This document shows, in pieces, positions 1-11,224 of a stretch of DNA of 14,645 nucleotides. The translations under genes and the position numbers were made by a program. Positions within the stretch are counted from its first letter, which is position 1. Every line of letters starts with the position of its first letter. The notes beneath the pieces were generated by a model. The model saw only the letters and a list, made by a program, of their open reading frames with translations, did no database searches and was not told the DNA's origin. Source of the stretch: Fidelibacterota bacterium (GTDB lineage: Bacteria; Fidelibacterota; Marinisomatia; Marinisomatales; TCS56); assembly GCA_043822705.1 (NCBI GenBank), contig JBDRBK010000175.1, positions 1 through 14,645 on the forward strand. The letters are read 5' to 3'.

Positions 1-129
1 CTCGGAAAATCCGCGCTTCGCCTGTACCATCGTGATCGCCGCCGTCAACGTCGTTTTGCCATGATCAACATGACCGATAGTTCCAATATTCACGTGCGGT
101 TTCTTCCGCTCAAATTTAGCCTTTGACAT
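1..129 (-). CDS. tuf: Elongation factor Tu, N-terminal 43 codons (continues beyond left edge)
   Basis: Manual translation from ATG at 129 gives [43 protein letters not shown], with the EF-Tu P-loop GHVDHGKT. It follows fusA as in the str operon and is not in the ORF track. Confidence 0.98.
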   Translation of the reverse strand, partial: MSKAKFERKKPHVNIGTIGHVDHGKTTLTAAITMVQAKRGFSE

Positions 130-137
130 GGAGCCCT

Positions 138-143
138 CTCCTT
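138..143 (-). promoter_or_regulatory. Shine-Dalgarno site for tuf (AAGGAG)
   Basis: The minus strand reads TTTAAGGAGAGGGCTCC-ATG, with an 8-nt spacer to the start codon. Confidence 0.8.
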
Positions 144-149
144 AAATTC

Positions 150-2240
150 CTAAGATGCTTTCCCATGGACGCGTTCAATAATTTCGGTCGCCAGACTGGT
201 CGGGACCTGCTCGAAATGGGAAAATTCCATCGAAAATATAGCCCGACCCTGAGTCAGCGAACGCAAGTCTGTAGCGTAGCCAAACATTGCGCTTAGCGGT
301 ACGCGTGCATCCAGAACGTGTGCGTCCTTGCGTTGATTCATTCCATTGATGTGACCGCGGCGCGAATTGATATCGCCCATCACATCGCCCAGATACTCTT
401 CGGGAACCACTACCTCAACATTCATCATCGGTTCCATCAGCACCGGCTTAGCCCGCCGGCAGGCTTCCTGAATTGCCATCGAACCGGCAATTTTGAAAGC
501 CAGTTCGGAAGAGTCAACATTATGATACGATCCATCGACCAGTTCCACCCGGATATCCTCAATCGGATAACCGGCGATCACACCATTTTTAATCGCTTCG
601 CGAATACCCTGGTCGACCGGCGCTATAAACTCACGGGGAATTACCCCGCCAATAATTTTATTATCGAAATGATATCCTTTTCCGGCTTCATTCGGTTCAA
701 CATTGATGACAACATGTCCGAATTGTCCGCGCCCGCCGGATTGACGTATAAATTTCCCGATCACTTTTTCGACCCGCGCAGTTATCGATTCGGTGTAAGC
801 CACCTGCGGTTTTCCCACATGCGCCCTGACTTTGAATTCCCGCAGCAGACGGTCGATCAGAATTTCCAGATGTAATTCGCCCATCCCGGCAATAATTGTC
901 TGGCCGGTTTCTTCATTGGTCGATACCCGGAATGATGGATCCTCATCGCTCAGCTTGGATAATGCTTTGGCCAATGCCTCCTGATCCGCCTGGCTGATCG
1001 GTTCGACCGATACTTCCACCACTGGTTCTGGAAAATCCATTGACTCCAGTATAATCGGGTGCTTGCCGTCGCACAGTGTGTGTCCGGTGTTGGTTTTTTT
1101 CAATCCGACCGCCGCCACAATTTCGCCGGCGCTGACTTCCTTGAGTTCCTCGCGCTTGTTGGCATGCATCAGCAGAATCCGGGATATCCGCTCTTTTTTG
1201 TCGGTATTGGGATTGTAAACGGCGCTGCCCGCTTCCAGTTTACCGGAGTAGACCCGGATGTAAGTCAGCTTGCCGACATAGGGATCGGTCATGATTTTGA
1301 AGGCCAGTGCACTGAAGGGCGCATTCTCGTCAGGTGCGCGCGTCAACTCGATGTCACTGTTATCGGGATTAATGCCCTTCACACTGCCGACATCCAACGG
1401 CGATGGCAGAAAATCGACCACCGCATCCAGCACCCGCTGTACGCCTTTATTTTTGAAGGCCGAACCACAAATAGTCGGAATGAACGTATTGTCGAGACAG
1501 CCTTTACGAATCGCGGCCTTGATTTCATCGGCCGTCAATTCCTCATCATTAAGATATTTTTCCAGCAGTTTTACATCGTAAGCGGCAATTTCTTCGATCA
1601 GACGATGACGGTATTCCTGAACCAGTTCAACCATGTCATCCGGTATCTTGGCATAATCGAAACGCGAACCCAGGGTCGATTCATTGTACAGAATTGCCTG
1701 ATTCCCGATCAGATCGATCAGCCCGGTAAACAAGTCACCGGCGCCGATTGGAATCACGATCGGCAACGGATTGGCACTCAGTCGTTTCTTGATCATTGCC
1801 AGCACATTGAAGAAATCGGCACCGGTTCGATCCATTTTATTGATGAAGGCAATCCGCGGTACGTTATATTTATCAGCCTGTCGCCAGACGGTTTCACTCT
1901 GCGGTTCGACACCACCGACGGCACAGAATACGGCAACGGCCCCATCCAGAACTCTCAGGGACCGTTCAACTTCCACGGTAAAATCCACGTGACCGGGTGT
2001 ATCGATAATATTAATGCGGCTGTCGCGCCACATCGTGGAAGTGGCGGCTGAGGTAATCGTGATACCGCGTTCTTTTTCCTGATCCATCCAGTCCATGGTG
2101 GCCATGCCCTCATGGACCTCCCCCATCCGGTGCAAACGACCGGTATAATACAGAATACGCTCGGTCAACGTGGTCTTGCCAGCGTCGATATGGGCCATAA
2201 TCCCAATATTGCGTACTCGATCTAGGGGAATTTTCTTCAC
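150..2240 (-). CDS. fusA: Elongation factor G (696 aa, GTG start)
   Basis: Motifs [46 protein letters not shown] and [11 protein letters not shown]. The track start at 2345 overlaps rpsG. Homology begins at GTG 2238-2240 ([13 protein letters not shown]), 10 nt after the rpsG stop. Confidence 0.97.
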   Translation of the reverse strand: MKKIPLDRVRNIGIMAHIDAGKTTLTERILYYTGRLHRMGEVHEGMATMDWMDQEKERGITITSAATSTMWRDSRINIIDTPGHVDFTVEVERSLRVLDGAVAVFCAVGGVEPQSETVWRQADKYNVPRIAFINKMDRTGADFFNVLAMIKKRLSANPLPIVIPIGAGDLFTGLIDLIGNQAILYNESTLGSRFDYAKIPDDMVELVQEYRHRLIEEIAAYDVKLLEKYLNDEELTADEIKAAIRKGCLDNTFIPTICGSAFKNKGVQRVLDAVVDFLPSPLDVGSVKGINPDNSDIELTRAPDENAPFSALAFKIMTDPYVGKLTYIRVYSGKLEAGSAVYNPNTDKKERISRILLMHANKREELKEVSAGEIVAAVGLKKTNTGHTLCDGKHPIILESMDFPEPVVEVSVEPISQADQEALAKALSKLSDEDPSFRVSTNEETGQTIIAGMGELHLEILIDRLLREFKVRAHVGKPQVAYTESITARVEKVIGKFIRQSGGRGQFGHVVINVEPNEAGKGYHFDNKIIGGVIPREFIAPVDQGIREAIKNGVIAGYPIEDIRVELVDGSYHNVDSSELAFKIAGSMAIQEACRRAKPVLMEPMMNVEVVVPEEYLGDVMGDINSRRGHINGMNQRKDAHVLDARVPLSAMFGYATDLRSLTQGRAIFSMEFSHFEQVPTSLATEIIERVHGKAS

Positions 2241-2250
2241 TGATTGAATC

Positions 2251-2715
2251 TTATCTGAAATGGGCGAAGGCTTTGTTGGCCTCAGCCATTCTGTGCGTAT
2301 CTTCTTTTTTCTTGATGGCGCCGCCGTCGTTGTTGGCCGCTGCAATCAATTCCACGGCCAGGCGCTCGGACATGCCTTTACCGCTACGGCTGCGGGCTGC
2401 CCCGATAATCCACTTGGATACAAGATAAAACTGACGGTGACGTGGCACTTCAATCGGCACCTGGTAGGTAGCGCCGCCAATCCGGCGCGACTTGACTTCC
2501 ACTGATGGGGAAGCATTCTCGATCGCCTTCTTGAATATATTCAGGCCTTCGGTTTTTGTCCGCTGCTTGATTATCTCCATGGCACCATAAAAAATATTTT
2601 CCGAAACCCCTTTTTTACCGCGATGCATCAAATAATTGATAAATTTGGCAACAATCAAGTCACCGTACACCGGGTCCGGAGTAATTTGTCGTCGTTCTGG
2701 TCTTCTTCTTCTCAT
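2251..2715 (-). CDS. rpsG: 30S ribosomal protein S7 (uS7)
   Basis: Motifs [24 protein letters not shown] and [14 protein letters not shown]. It lies between rpsL and fusA. Confidence 0.98.
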   Translation of the reverse strand: MRRRRPERRQITPDPVYGDLIVAKFINYLMHRGKKGVSENIFYGAMEIIKQRTKTEGLNIFKKAIENASPSVEVKSRRIGGATYQVPIEVPRHRQFYLVSKWIIGAARSRSGKGMSERLAVELIAAANNDGGAIKKKEDTHRMAEANKAFAHFR

Positions 2716-2717
2716 AA

Positions 2718-3092
2718 TCAGGACTTTGGTCGTTTTGCACCGTAACGCGACCGGCTGGTTTTACGATCCGACACACCCGCCGTATCAAATGTACCGCGAA
2801 TAATATGATAGCGAACACCCGGCAGGTCTTTGACACGACCGCCTTCAATCAGGACGATGGAGTGTTCTTGCAGGTTATGTCCTTCACCGGGAATATACGC
2901 CGTAACCTCAATGCCGTTGGTCAGACGCACACGGGCGACTTTCCGCAGGGCTGAATTGGGTTTTTTCGGTGTGGTTGTATACACACGCGTACAGACCCCA
3001 CGCTTCTGGGGATTCCCTTTCAAAGCAGGCGTCGCATTTTTCTTGACGGCCTGCTTTCGTCCTTTTTTAACTAATTGATTTATCGTCGGCAT
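2718..3092 (-). CDS. rpsL: 30S ribosomal protein S12 (uS12)
   Basis: Motifs [34 protein letters not shown] and [13 protein letters not shown]. The streptomycin-resistance hotspots K42/K87 and the RimO target D88 (E. coli numbering) are wild type. Confidence 0.99.
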   Translation of the reverse strand: MPTINQLVKKGRKQAVKKNATPALKGNPQKRGVCTRVYTTTPKKPNSALRKVARVRLTNGIEVTAYIPGEGHNLQEHSIVLIEGGRVKDLPGVRYHIIRGTFDTAGVSDRKTSRSRYGAKRPKS

Positions 3093-3114
3093 AATTATTC
3101 TAATAAAGCCTACT

Positions 3115-3144
3115 AATTTATTTTAGATTATCGATTTCAGTCAA
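3115..3144 (-). promoter_or_regulatory. Putative sigma70-type promoter for rpsL-rpsG-fusA-tuf
   Basis: The minus strand reads TTGACT (3144-3139) - 18 nt - TAAATT (3120-3115), inside the AT-rich 93-nt rpoC-rpsL spacer where the str promoter is expected. Confidence 0.6.
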
Positions 3145-3185
3145 TCCGTTTTTCCGAATATTTTGCTCGCATTGGGCCTTCATCT

Positions 3186-6100
3186 TTATTCGGCAAAGAC
3201 GTCCTTAACGCCGATTCCCCGGCTTTCCTGATCATCAACCAGCAATCCTTTCAGGTGCGGCGCACCTGACCCGGCCGGAATCAGTCTTCCTACCGCCACA
3301 TTTTCCTTCAGACCGGTCAGATAATCGGTTTTGCCGGCGGTGGCGGCATCGGTCAATACCCGAGTCGTGTCCTGGAATGATGCGGCGGACAGGAAACTTT
3401 CCGTATTCAGTGAAGCCTGAGTAATGCCCATCAACAGCGGATTAAAGGTGGCCGCCTGCGTCTTCCGGGTCTTGCAGGGGGTCTTCCCCTCTTCTTTAAG
3501 CTTCTTGTTGATTTCGGCTACATCAGCCTTGTCGACCTGCATATCGACGTCAAATTCGGAACCGCCGGGATCGGTGACCACTACCAGCTTTGAAATCCGC
3601 AGATTTTCCTGGAAGAAATCTTCCTTGGCAATCTTATCCCGGGTCAGGAATTTGGTATCGCCGGAATCAGCCACGCCCACCTTGTTCATCATCTGCTTGA
3701 CAATGACTTCGATATGCTTGTCATTGATTTTCACACCCTGCAGACGGTACACTTCCTGGATCTCGTTCACCAGGTATTCGCGTACTTTTCCGGGACCCAT
3801 GATTTTCAGAACGTCTTCCGGTGATATTGAACCTTCGCACAGCGGTGTGCCGGCGTTGATGTAATCACCTTCGTGCACAATAACATGTTTACCGTATGGT
3901 ATCGAATACTGACGGATGTCTCCCCCGGTGCTTTCGATACTGATTTTCCGGATACCACGTTTGACTTCACCAAATTTCACGGTACCGTCGATTTCCGTTA
4001 CCACAGCCGGATTCGATGGTTGCCGCGCTTCGAAAAGTTCGGCGACGCGGGGCAGACCACCGGTAATATCGCGGGTCTTACCGATGTCCCGCGGAATCTT
4101 TACCAGTGTCTGACCGCGCTGGACTTCCTGACCGTCCCGGACCACCAGCGTAGCGTTGACCGGCAGGATAGCTCCGCCGGCCGTTACCCGGCCTTCACTG
4201 TCGATAATTTCGATATGCGGACTAAGCTTGCGGTTTTTGGATTCGATGATAACCATCTGTTTTTTGCCGCCCTCGACCGCCTCAATCCGGTAAGTTTCAT
4301 TATTTTCAAAATCCCGCAGACCTACCGTACCGTCTTTACGGGCCAGGATAATATCGGTGTAGGGATCCCATTGAAACAGGACCTGGCCGGCATTGATCCG
4401 CTGGCCGTCATCCACCAGGATATTGGCGCCGTAAGGCACATTGTACTGGGCCCGGGGGTGATTATTTTCATCTATGATCGATATTTTTCCGTGCCGGACC
4501 ATGCAGCGTGTGATCTCCACTTCGGTTTCGTCGATCGTGGTCGCCGACTCGAAATTCTCGGAAAATCTCAAAGTACCGGCCAGCTTTGCCTTCATCTCCG
4601 ATTGTTCGATGATACGGGTCGCCGTACCACCAATATGGAAGGTCCGCAACGTCAACTGAGTTCCAGGTTCGCCGATACTCTGGGCCGCCTGGATACCAAC
4701 CGATGTGCCTAAATTGACGATTTCGTGGGTCGAGAGATTCCAGCCATAGCATTTGGCGCAAACACCGCGGTGCGATTCACAGGTGAGCACCGAGCGGATT
4801 CGAACCGATTCGGCATTGCTGTTGGCGATTATGTCGGCTTCGATGTCAGTGATCAGCGCACCGCTGGTGATTTTAACTTCATCCTCGACGATGAAGTCGT
4901 CCAAAAGGGTTCGTCCCAGGATCCGGTCGGCCAACGGCTCAATCACTTCCTCCCCTTCTTTCAGGTCGGAAACTTCGAGACCGTTGATCGTACCGCAATC
5001 GTGTTCGCTGACCACAACGTCCTGAGCAACATCGACCAGGCGCCGGGTCAGATAACCAGCGTCAGCGGTTTTCAACGCTGTGTCGGCCAGACCTTTACGG
5101 GCACCGTGCGTCGATATGAAATATTCCAGGACCGATAAACCTTCCTTGAAATTGGAAGTAATGGGATTCTCAATAATTTCGCCTTTACCACCGGTCATGG
5201 CTTTCTGCGGCTTAGCCATCAGACCGCGCATACCCGCCAGCTGCTTGATCTGGTCCTGGCTGCCGCGCGCACCGGAGTCGGCCATCATATAGACCGGGTT
5301 GAAGCCCTGATTGTCGTTCATCAGTCCGTCCATCATGCTGGCCGCAACCTGGTTGGTGGCATGGGTCCAGACGTCGATCACTTTATTATAGCGCTCGCCG
5401 TCGGTTAATACCTGCCGCTTAAATTTATCATGGATTGAATCGACCAATTTCTGGGCGCGGGCGATGATTTCGTATTTCTGCGCAGGAATCATAATATCGC
5501 GAATCGAAATTGAAATACCGCTCTTGGTGGCAATTCCGAAACCGAGATTCTTAAGGTCATCAAGGAATTGAACCGTACGATAATTGCCGGCCATCAGATA
5601 ACTCTGGTTAACAATTTTTTCCAGCCGGCGTTTGGATATCATTTCATCGACATAATCCAGTTCTTTCGGCAGGATCGAATTGAAGATCGCGCGACCGACC
5701 GTGGTCTTGTAATGCCAGGTGCCATTATGACGCAGATCGATGATCGTGTTTAATTCCACCACCTTGTTCTCGTAGGCCAGGGCGACTTCACTGATCGATC
5801 CGAATTTCTTGCCTTCATTTTTGGTACCCTTGCGTTGACGGGTCAGGTAATAGCAGCCAAGAACCATATCCTGGGAAGGAATGGCGATTGGTTTCCCGTT
5901 GGCCGGGTGTAAAATATTGTGGCTCGAAAGCATCAGGATGCGGGCTTCCATCTGGGCCGGTATCGAAAGCGGCACGTGCACCGCCATCTGGTCGCCATCG
6001 AAGTCGGCGTTGAAGGCCGTGCAGACCAGCGGATGAATCCGGATGGCCTTGCCGTCGACCAGGACCGGCTGGAAAGCCTGGATACCGAGTCGATGCAGGG

Positions 6101-7427
6101 TCGGGGCGCGGTTCAGCAGCACCGGTTGGTCTTTGACGACATATTCCAGCACCTTGTAGACTTCCGGTTCATGATTCTCAACCATTAGTTTAGCGCTGCG
6201 GGGAGTCTGGGCAATGCCGCGGGCGATCAGTTCATGGATCATGTGCGGCTTGAACAGTTCCAGCGCCATATTCTTGGGCAGACCGCATTCGTTCAAACGC
6301 AGTTCCGGTCCGACCACGATCACCGAACGTCCTGAATAATCAACCCGTTTCCCCAGCAAATTCTGGCGGAATCGACCATTCTTGCCGCGCAGCATATCCG
6401 ACAGCGATTTCAGCGGGCGCCGGGTGCCGCTACGGATCGCAGTACGACGGCGGCTGTTGTCGAACAGAGCGTCCACCGCTTCCTGCAGCATCCGTTTCTC
6501 GTTGCGCAGGATGACGTCGGGAGCCTTGATTTCGATCAATTGTTTGAGGCGATTATTACGGATAATGATTCGTCGGTACAGATCGTTCAGGTCGCTGGCG
6601 GCGAAACGGCCACCCTCCAGCGGTACCAGCGGGCGCAGTTCCGGTGGGATGACCGGTAAAACCGATACAACCATCCATTCCGGCCGGTTGACCTTGGTCC
6701 GGCCCGGATCCGGGACAAATGATTTCACCACCTTAAGACGCTTCAGAGCCTCTTCCTGGGCCTGTTTGGAACGCGATTTCTTGATCGTGTCTTCCAGTTC
6801 GCCGGCTAATTTTACCGGATTGGTCCGCGCCAGAATTTCCCTGATCGCCTCGCCGCCCATGGTAGCGTAAAAATAATTATCTTCCAGGCGATCTTCTTCG
6901 GAAACTGCGCCGTATCCGAATTCACGGTCCAACTGCAGATATTCTTCCTCATCGATCAGTTCCAGGCGTTTGCGACTGCTCTTGCCCGGTTCCACGATGA
7001 TGAAGGTTTCGTAATAAATAATCCGCTCGAGTTCTTTGGTGGAAAGACCGATCAGATAACTGAGCTTGCTGGGAATCGAACGAAGATACCAGATATGCAC
7101 GACCGGAACCGCCAGAGTGATATGCCCCATCCGCTCGCGGCGGACTTTCTTCCGGGTTACCTCGACGCCGCAACGATCGCAGATGATACCGCGATAACGG
7201 ATACCTTTATATTTACCGCAGTGACATTCATAATCCTTGACGGGGCCGAATATTTTTTCGCAAAACAGTCCGTCTTTTTCCGGTTTGTAGGACCGGTAAT
7301 TGATCGTTTCCGGTTTAAGAACTTCACCGTACGAACGCGCCAGGATCATTTCCGGCGAAGATAACCCGATGGTTACCGCGGAAAAATCTCGTTTAGTATC
7401 AACTTTTGAAGACTGAATGTAAGTCAA
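3186..7427 (-). CDS. rpoC: DNA-directed RNA polymerase subunit beta' (1413 aa, TTG start)
   Basis: Catalytic NADFDGD (5991-6011), N-terminal Zn ribbon CHC...[23 protein letters not shown], bridge helix [26 protein letters not shown], and trigger loop [15 protein letters not shown]...DITGGLPR. Confidence 0.99.
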   Translation of the reverse strand: MTYIQSSKVDTKRDFSAVTIGLSSPEMILARSYGEVLKPETINYRSYKPEKDGLFCEKIFGPVKDYECHCGKYKGIRYRGIICDRCGVEVTRKKVRRERMGHITLAVPVVHIWYLRSIPSKLSYLIGLSTKELERIIYYETFIIVEPGKSSRKRLELIDEEEYLQLDREFGYGAVSEEDRLEDNYFYATMGGEAIREILARTNPVKLAGELEDTIKKSRSKQAQEEALKRLKVVKSFVPDPGRTKVNRPEWMVVSVLPVIPPELRPLVPLEGGRFAASDLNDLYRRIIIRNNRLKQLIEIKAPDVILRNEKRMLQEAVDALFDNSRRRTAIRSGTRRPLKSLSDMLRGKNGRFRQNLLGKRVDYSGRSVIVVGPELRLNECGLPKNMALELFKPHMIHELIARGIAQTPRSAKLMVENHEPEVYKVLEYVVKDQPVLLNRAPTLHRLGIQAFQPVLVDGKAIRIHPLVCTAFNADFDGDQMAVHVPLSIPAQMEARILMLSSHNILHPANGKPIAIPSQDMVLGCYYLTRQRKGTKNEGKKFGSISEVALAYENKVVELNTIIDLRHNGTWHYKTTVGRAIFNSILPKELDYVDEMISKRRLEKIVNQSYLMAGNYRTVQFLDDLKNLGFGIATKSGISISIRDIMIPAQKYEIIARAQKLVDSIHDKFKRQVLTDGERYNKVIDVWTHATNQVAASMMDGLMNDNQGFNPVYMMADSGARGSQDQIKQLAGMRGLMAKPQKAMTGGKGEIIENPITSNFKEGLSVLEYFISTHGARKGLADTALKTADAGYLTRRLVDVAQDVVVSEHDCGTINGLEVSDLKEGEEVIEPLADRILGRTLLDDFIVEDEVKITSGALITDIEADIIANSNAESVRIRSVLTCESHRGVCAKCYGWNLSTHEIVNLGTSVGIQAAQSIGEPGTQLTLRTFHIGGTATRIIEQSEMKAKLAGTLRFSENFESATTIDETEVEITRCMVRHGKISIIDENNHPRAQYNVPYGANILVDDGQRINAGQVLFQWDPYTDIILARKDGTVGLRDFENNETYRIEAVEGGKKQMVIIESKNRKLSPHIEIIDSEGRVTAGGAILPVNATLVVRDGQEVQRGQTLVKIPRDIGKTRDITGGLPRVAELFEARQPSNPAVVTEIDGTVKFGEVKRGIRKISIESTGGDIRQYSIPYGKHVIVHEGDYINAGTPLCEGSISPEDVLKIMGPGKVREYLVNEIQEVYRLQGVKINDKHIEVIVKQMMNKVGVADSGDTKFLTRDKIAKEDFFQENLRISKLVVVTDPGGSEFDVDMQVDKADVAEINKKLKEEGKTPCKTRKTQAATFNPLLMGITQASLNTESFLSAASFQDTTRVLTDAATAGKTDYLTGLKENVAVGRLIPAGSGAPHLKGLLVDDQESRGIGVKDVFAE

Positions 7428-7434
7428 GCCAATG

Positions 7435-7440
7435 CTCCCT
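7435..7440 (-). promoter_or_regulatory. Shine-Dalgarno site for rpoC (AGGGAG), overlapping the rpoB stop
   Basis: The minus strand reads TAAGGGAGCATTGGC-TTG, with a 7-nt spacer. Confidence 0.7.
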
Positions 7441-10400
7441 TATTCAAGTTCAATATCTAAGCCCAAGCCCTGCAATTCCTTGATCAGGACGTTGAAGGAT
7501 TCGGGAACACCAAAAATCGGCAGTTCTTCGCCACGGACCAGGGCATTGTAAACCTTGGAACGTCCGTCAACATCATCCGATTTAACGGTCAGAATTTCGT
7601 GTAATGTATGCGCAGCTCCGTATGCTTCCAGCGCCCAGCACTCCATTTCCCCGAAACGTTGTCCACCGAATTGAGCTTTACCACCCAACGGCTGTTGCGT
7701 AATGAGTGAGTATGGTCCCGTTGAACGAGCATGCATTTTATCATCAACCATATGGTTGAGCTTCATCATATAAATCTGACCGACCGTCACGGGATTATCG
7801 AATTTCTCACCGGTACGGCCGTCGATCAGAGTAATCTTTCCCGATTCCGGCAGGTTGGCTTTGTGCATTTCCTCGGCCACCTGTTCCGGTGTGGCGCCGT
7901 CGAAAGCCGGCGTTTCATATTTCAGACCCAGGATATCGCCGGCCCAGCCCAGCATCGTTTCATACAGCTGGCCCAGGTTCATACGCGAAGGTACGCCCAG
8001 CGGATTCAGAACGATATCGATCGGCGTTCCGTCTTCCAGGAAGGGCATATCCTCGGCCGGTACGATCGTGGCGATGACGCCTTTGTTACCATGGCGTCCG
8101 GCCATTTTGTCGCCCACCTGAATCTTGCGCTTGTTGGCGACGAAGACTTTTGCCAGTTTCAGGATACCCGGCTGCAATTCATCGCCCACCCGCAATTTGA
8201 AGATTTCCCGCTCGAGTTTGTTCTCGATTTCATTCCACAACTTGCGATAAGAGCGCCAGACGGTCTTGATTTTGCCCCAGACCTCATCATCCTCGACCCA
8301 GGCTTCGTCTTGAGCGAATCTTTCCAGGTCGAAACTGCTGAGGCGCTTGGTAGTCAGTTTGGTCGACTTCTTAATCATTGTTCGGCCGGTCCCGATATCG
8401 CGGATGCCGTTTGAGATCTGATCGATCAGCAATTCAAACAATTTTTCGTCGCGGGCGGTCTTGAGTGCTTTTTTATCATCGCGAGCGGTCTTTTGCAGAT
8501 TATCGATAAACTGCCGTTCTTCGGTCCTGGTACGGCGGTTGCTTTTCTGGAACAGCTTGGTGTCGATGACGACGCCCTTGATGCCCGGTTCGGCCCGTTT
8601 TGAAGCGTCCTTGACCTCGCCGGCCTTTTCACCGAAAATGGCCCGCAGCAGTTTTTCTTCCGGGGTCGGATCGGTCTCACCTTTCGGTGTAACCTTGCCG
8701 ATCAGGATATCGCCTTCCTTGACTTTAGCGCCGATGCGGATTATGCCGTCTTCGTTTAATTCTTTGGTGGCATCTTCACTGACATTCGGAATTTCCGGCG
8801 TCAGCTCTTCTTCGCCGCGCTTGGTGTCCCGTACCTCCAGCTCAATCTCGTTGATATGAACCGAAGTGAAAACGTCTTCCTTGACCATCCGTTCACTGAG
8901 AACAATGGCGTCTTCAAAATTATATCCGCGCCAGGGCATGAAGGCCACCTTGACGTTCCGGCCCAAGGCCAGTTCACCGTGATCGGTACTGGTACCGTCG
9001 GCGATGACCTGTCCCTTCTGGACGACCTGTCCAATCGAAACCAAAGGTTTCTGATTCTGGCAGGTATTCTGGTTGGTCCGCTGATATTTTTGCAGACTCA
9101 CCGTCAGCAGGTTTTCTCCCTTGACCAATGCCAGATCATCCGGGATCATATCGGTTTTTAAAATGATCTGATCGGAATCGACATGAACCACTTCGCCGGC
9201 TTCCGGCGCCAGCAGGCAGGTCCGTGAATCGACGGCCACTTTCGCTTCGAGTCCGGTACCAACGATCGGCGAGGCTGGATTCATCAACGGCACCGACTGG
9301 CGCTGCATGTTCGATCCCATCAGGGCACGGTTGGCGTCGTCATGTTCCAGGAAAGGTATCAGGGCGGCGGCTACGCTCAGAATCTGGTTCGGGGCGACAT
9401 CCATGTAGGCGATTTCCGATGGTTCCACCACCGGGAAATCACCCTTGATCCGCGCCCGGATGCGTTCGTCGAGTAACTGTTTACTTTTCGAGTCCAGTGT
9501 AATACTGGACTGAGCAATCATCACCCGGTCTTCATCATCTGCGGATAAGTACTTGATATCATTGGTTGCATATGCTTTGCCGTCGTCACGTTTTACGACC
9601 CGGTAGGGTGCTTCGATAAAACCGTGGCGGTTGACCTTGCCCAACAATGCCAGGGACGAGATCAGACCGATATTCGGACCTTCAGGTGTCTCGATCGGGC
9701 ATAACCGACCGTAATGGGTGTAGTGGACGTCGCGTACTTCGAATCCGGCCCGCTCGCGGGTCAGACCACCCGGCCCGAGCGATGAAATACGCCGCTTGTG
9801 GGTGATTTCCGCCAGGGGATTGGTCTGGTCGCCGAACTGCGACAACTGACTGGTACCGAAAAATGTATTGATGACGGTGGTCACGACGCGGGAATTGATC
9901 AGGTCCTGGGGTGTCAGACTTTCCGACTCGCGCAGATTCATCCGTTCCAGGATGGTCCGCATCATCCGGCTGAGGGCGACACTGAATTGATTGGTCAATT
10001 GTTCACCGACGGTTTTTACGCGGCGGTTACCCAAATGGTCGATATCATCGGTACCGCGCTCACCCTTGCGCATTTCGATCAGGAACATGATGACCTGAAG
10101 AATATCGTCGATAGTCAAAACGGTATTCTCGACCGGCACGTCCAGTGCGAATTGCTGATTCAGGCGATAACGGCCGACCTGACCCAGATCATATTTCTTG
10201 GGACTGAAGAAAATGCGTTCGATAAATTTTTGAGCAGTCTCCAGGTTGGGCGGATCGCCGGAGCGCATCAGCCGATACAGCAGGGTCAATGCTTCTTCGG
10301 TGTTGGCGGTCGGATCCTTGTCGACGGTATTGAGCAGTAACTGCGCCGAGAAATTCTCGTCGCCGTTTACGATCTCAATTTTGCCAATCCCGGCCTCGGT

Positions 10401-11219
10401 CAGCGATTCCAGCACCGCTTCGGTCACGATCGTCCCGCCTTCGTAGTAAATCTCTCCGGTCTGGACGTTGACGATATCGTTTGCAATCGTGGCGCCAACC
10501 GCTTGTTTGGCCCTGGGTTTGGTTACATCGATCGTCGAAATGCAATTGAAGGCCCGGAAAATGTCGGCGTTGGTGGAAAAACCCAGCGCCCGTAACAGAA
10601 TCGTAACCGGGAACTTGCGGCGGCGGTCGATGATGGCGAACAGGCAATCATTAATGTCTGTAGTGAAATCGACCCACGAGCCGCGGAAGGGAATGATTCG
10701 GGCCTGGAATAATTTGGTCCCGTTCGGATGAATCGATTCATCGAAGAAGACGCCCGGTGAACGCTGCAACTGGGATACGATAACACGTTCGGCACCATTA
10801 ATGATAAAAGTGCCTTTTTCAGTCATCTTCGGAATATTGCCGAAATAGACTTCCTGTTCGATGCTCTGGGCGTATTCGTTTTTATTTTCTTCGTCGGTGA
10901 TATGCAGAATCAGGCGTGCCTTGAGGGGAACGGAGAAAGTCACTCCGCGATCGATACATTCTTCCGGAGAATATTTCGGCAGTCCCAGCAGGTAGCTTTT
11001 ATATTCAAGAACATAATTCCGGTGGGGATCTTCGATCGGAAAGGCACTTCCAAAAACTTCTTCCAGACCGATTTCCGTCCGTTCGTCATCCGGTAAATAT
11101 TCCTGAATGAAATCCTGAAACGCGGCGGTCTGAACCGCCAGCAGGTCGGGACTATCGACAATTGAGGGTATCCGGGAAAAGGATACCCGCTCGGTACGCT
11201 GATTAATAGTGGCTCCCAA
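7440..11219 (-). CDS. rpoB: DNA-directed RNA polymerase subunit beta (1259 aa, TTG start)
   Basis: Motifs [26 protein letters not shown], Rif cluster [45 protein letters not shown] and GGQRFGEME. Confidence 0.99.
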   Translation of the reverse strand: MGATINQRTERVSFSRIPSIVDSPDLLAVQTAAFQDFIQEYLPDDERTEIGLEEVFGSAFPIEDPHRNYVLEYKSYLLGLPKYSPEECIDRGVTFSVPLKARLILHITDEENKNEYAQSIEQEVYFGNIPKMTEKGTFIINGAERVIVSQLQRSPGVFFDESIHPNGTKLFQARIIPFRGSWVDFTTDINDCLFAIIDRRRKFPVTILLRALGFSTNADIFRAFNCISTIDVTKPRAKQAVGATIANDIVNVQTGEIYYEGGTIVTEAVLESLTEAGIGKIEIVNGDENFSAQLLLNTVDKDPTANTEEALTLLYRLMRSGDPPNLETAQKFIERIFFSPKKYDLGQVGRYRLNQQFALDVPVENTVLTIDDILQVIMFLIEMRKGERGTDDIDHLGNRRVKTVGEQLTNQFSVALSRMMRTILERMNLRESESLTPQDLINSRVVTTVINTFFGTSQLSQFGDQTNPLAEITHKRRISSLGPGGLTRERAGFEVRDVHYTHYGRLCPIETPEGPNIGLISSLALLGKVNRHGFIEAPYRVVKRDDGKAYATNDIKYLSADDEDRVMIAQSSITLDSKSKQLLDERIRARIKGDFPVVEPSEIAYMDVAPNQILSVAAALIPFLEHDDANRALMGSNMQRQSVPLMNPASPIVGTGLEAKVAVDSRTCLLAPEAGEVVHVDSDQIILKTDMIPDDLALVKGENLLTVSLQKYQRTNQNTCQNQKPLVSIGQVVQKGQVIADGTSTDHGELALGRNVKVAFMPWRGYNFEDAIVLSERMVKEDVFTSVHINEIELEVRDTKRGEEELTPEIPNVSEDATKELNEDGIIRIGAKVKEGDILIGKVTPKGETDPTPEEKLLRAIFGEKAGEVKDASKRAEPGIKGVVIDTKLFQKSNRRTRTEERQFIDNLQKTARDDKKALKTARDEKLFELLIDQISNGIRDIGTGRTMIKKSTKLTTKRLSSFDLERFAQDEAWVEDDEVWGKIKTVWRSYRKLWNEIENKLEREIFKLRVGDELQPGILKLAKVFVANKRKIQVGDKMAGRHGNKGVIATIVPAEDMPFLEDGTPIDIVLNPLGVPSRMNLGQLYETMLGWAGDILGLKYETPAFDGATPEQVAEEMHKANLPESGKITLIDGRTGEKFDNPVTVGQIYMMKLNHMVDDKMHARSTGPYSLITQQPLGGKAQFGGQRFGEMECWALEAYGAAHTLHEILTVKSDDVDGRSKVYNALVRGEELPIFGVPESFNVLIKELQGLGLDIELE

Positions 11220-11224
11220 ACAAG

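Noticed and set aside
2241..2345. 35-aa N-terminal extension of EF-G overlapping rpsG, or a possible S7-EF-G frameshift fusion
   Set aside because: The extension has no EF-G similarity and is just an alternative frame of rpsG. The GTG at 2240 gives a normal-length EF-G, and no frameshift stimulator is evident.
3145..3185. Intrinsic terminator after rpoC
   Set aside because: Only a weak 5-bp stem (ATTCG-GAAAAA-CGGAT) is present, with no U-tract, so none can be called.
7545..7570. TTGACG...TACAAT internal promoter for rpoC within the rpoB 3' end
   Set aside because: The spacer is only 14 nt, outside the workable 16-19 nt range.
9491..9511. Perfect 8-bp inverted repeat AGTCCAGT-N5-ACTGGACT inside rpoB
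   Set aside because: About one or two such stems are expected by chance in 14.6 kb. It has no U-tract and I saw no second copy.
3186..11219. Intein, intron or rpoB-rpoC fusion
   Set aside because: Both subunits are of normal length and separated by a stop, SD and start. There are no intein splice-junction or LAGLIDADG motifs, and the inserts fall at known lineage-specific sites.
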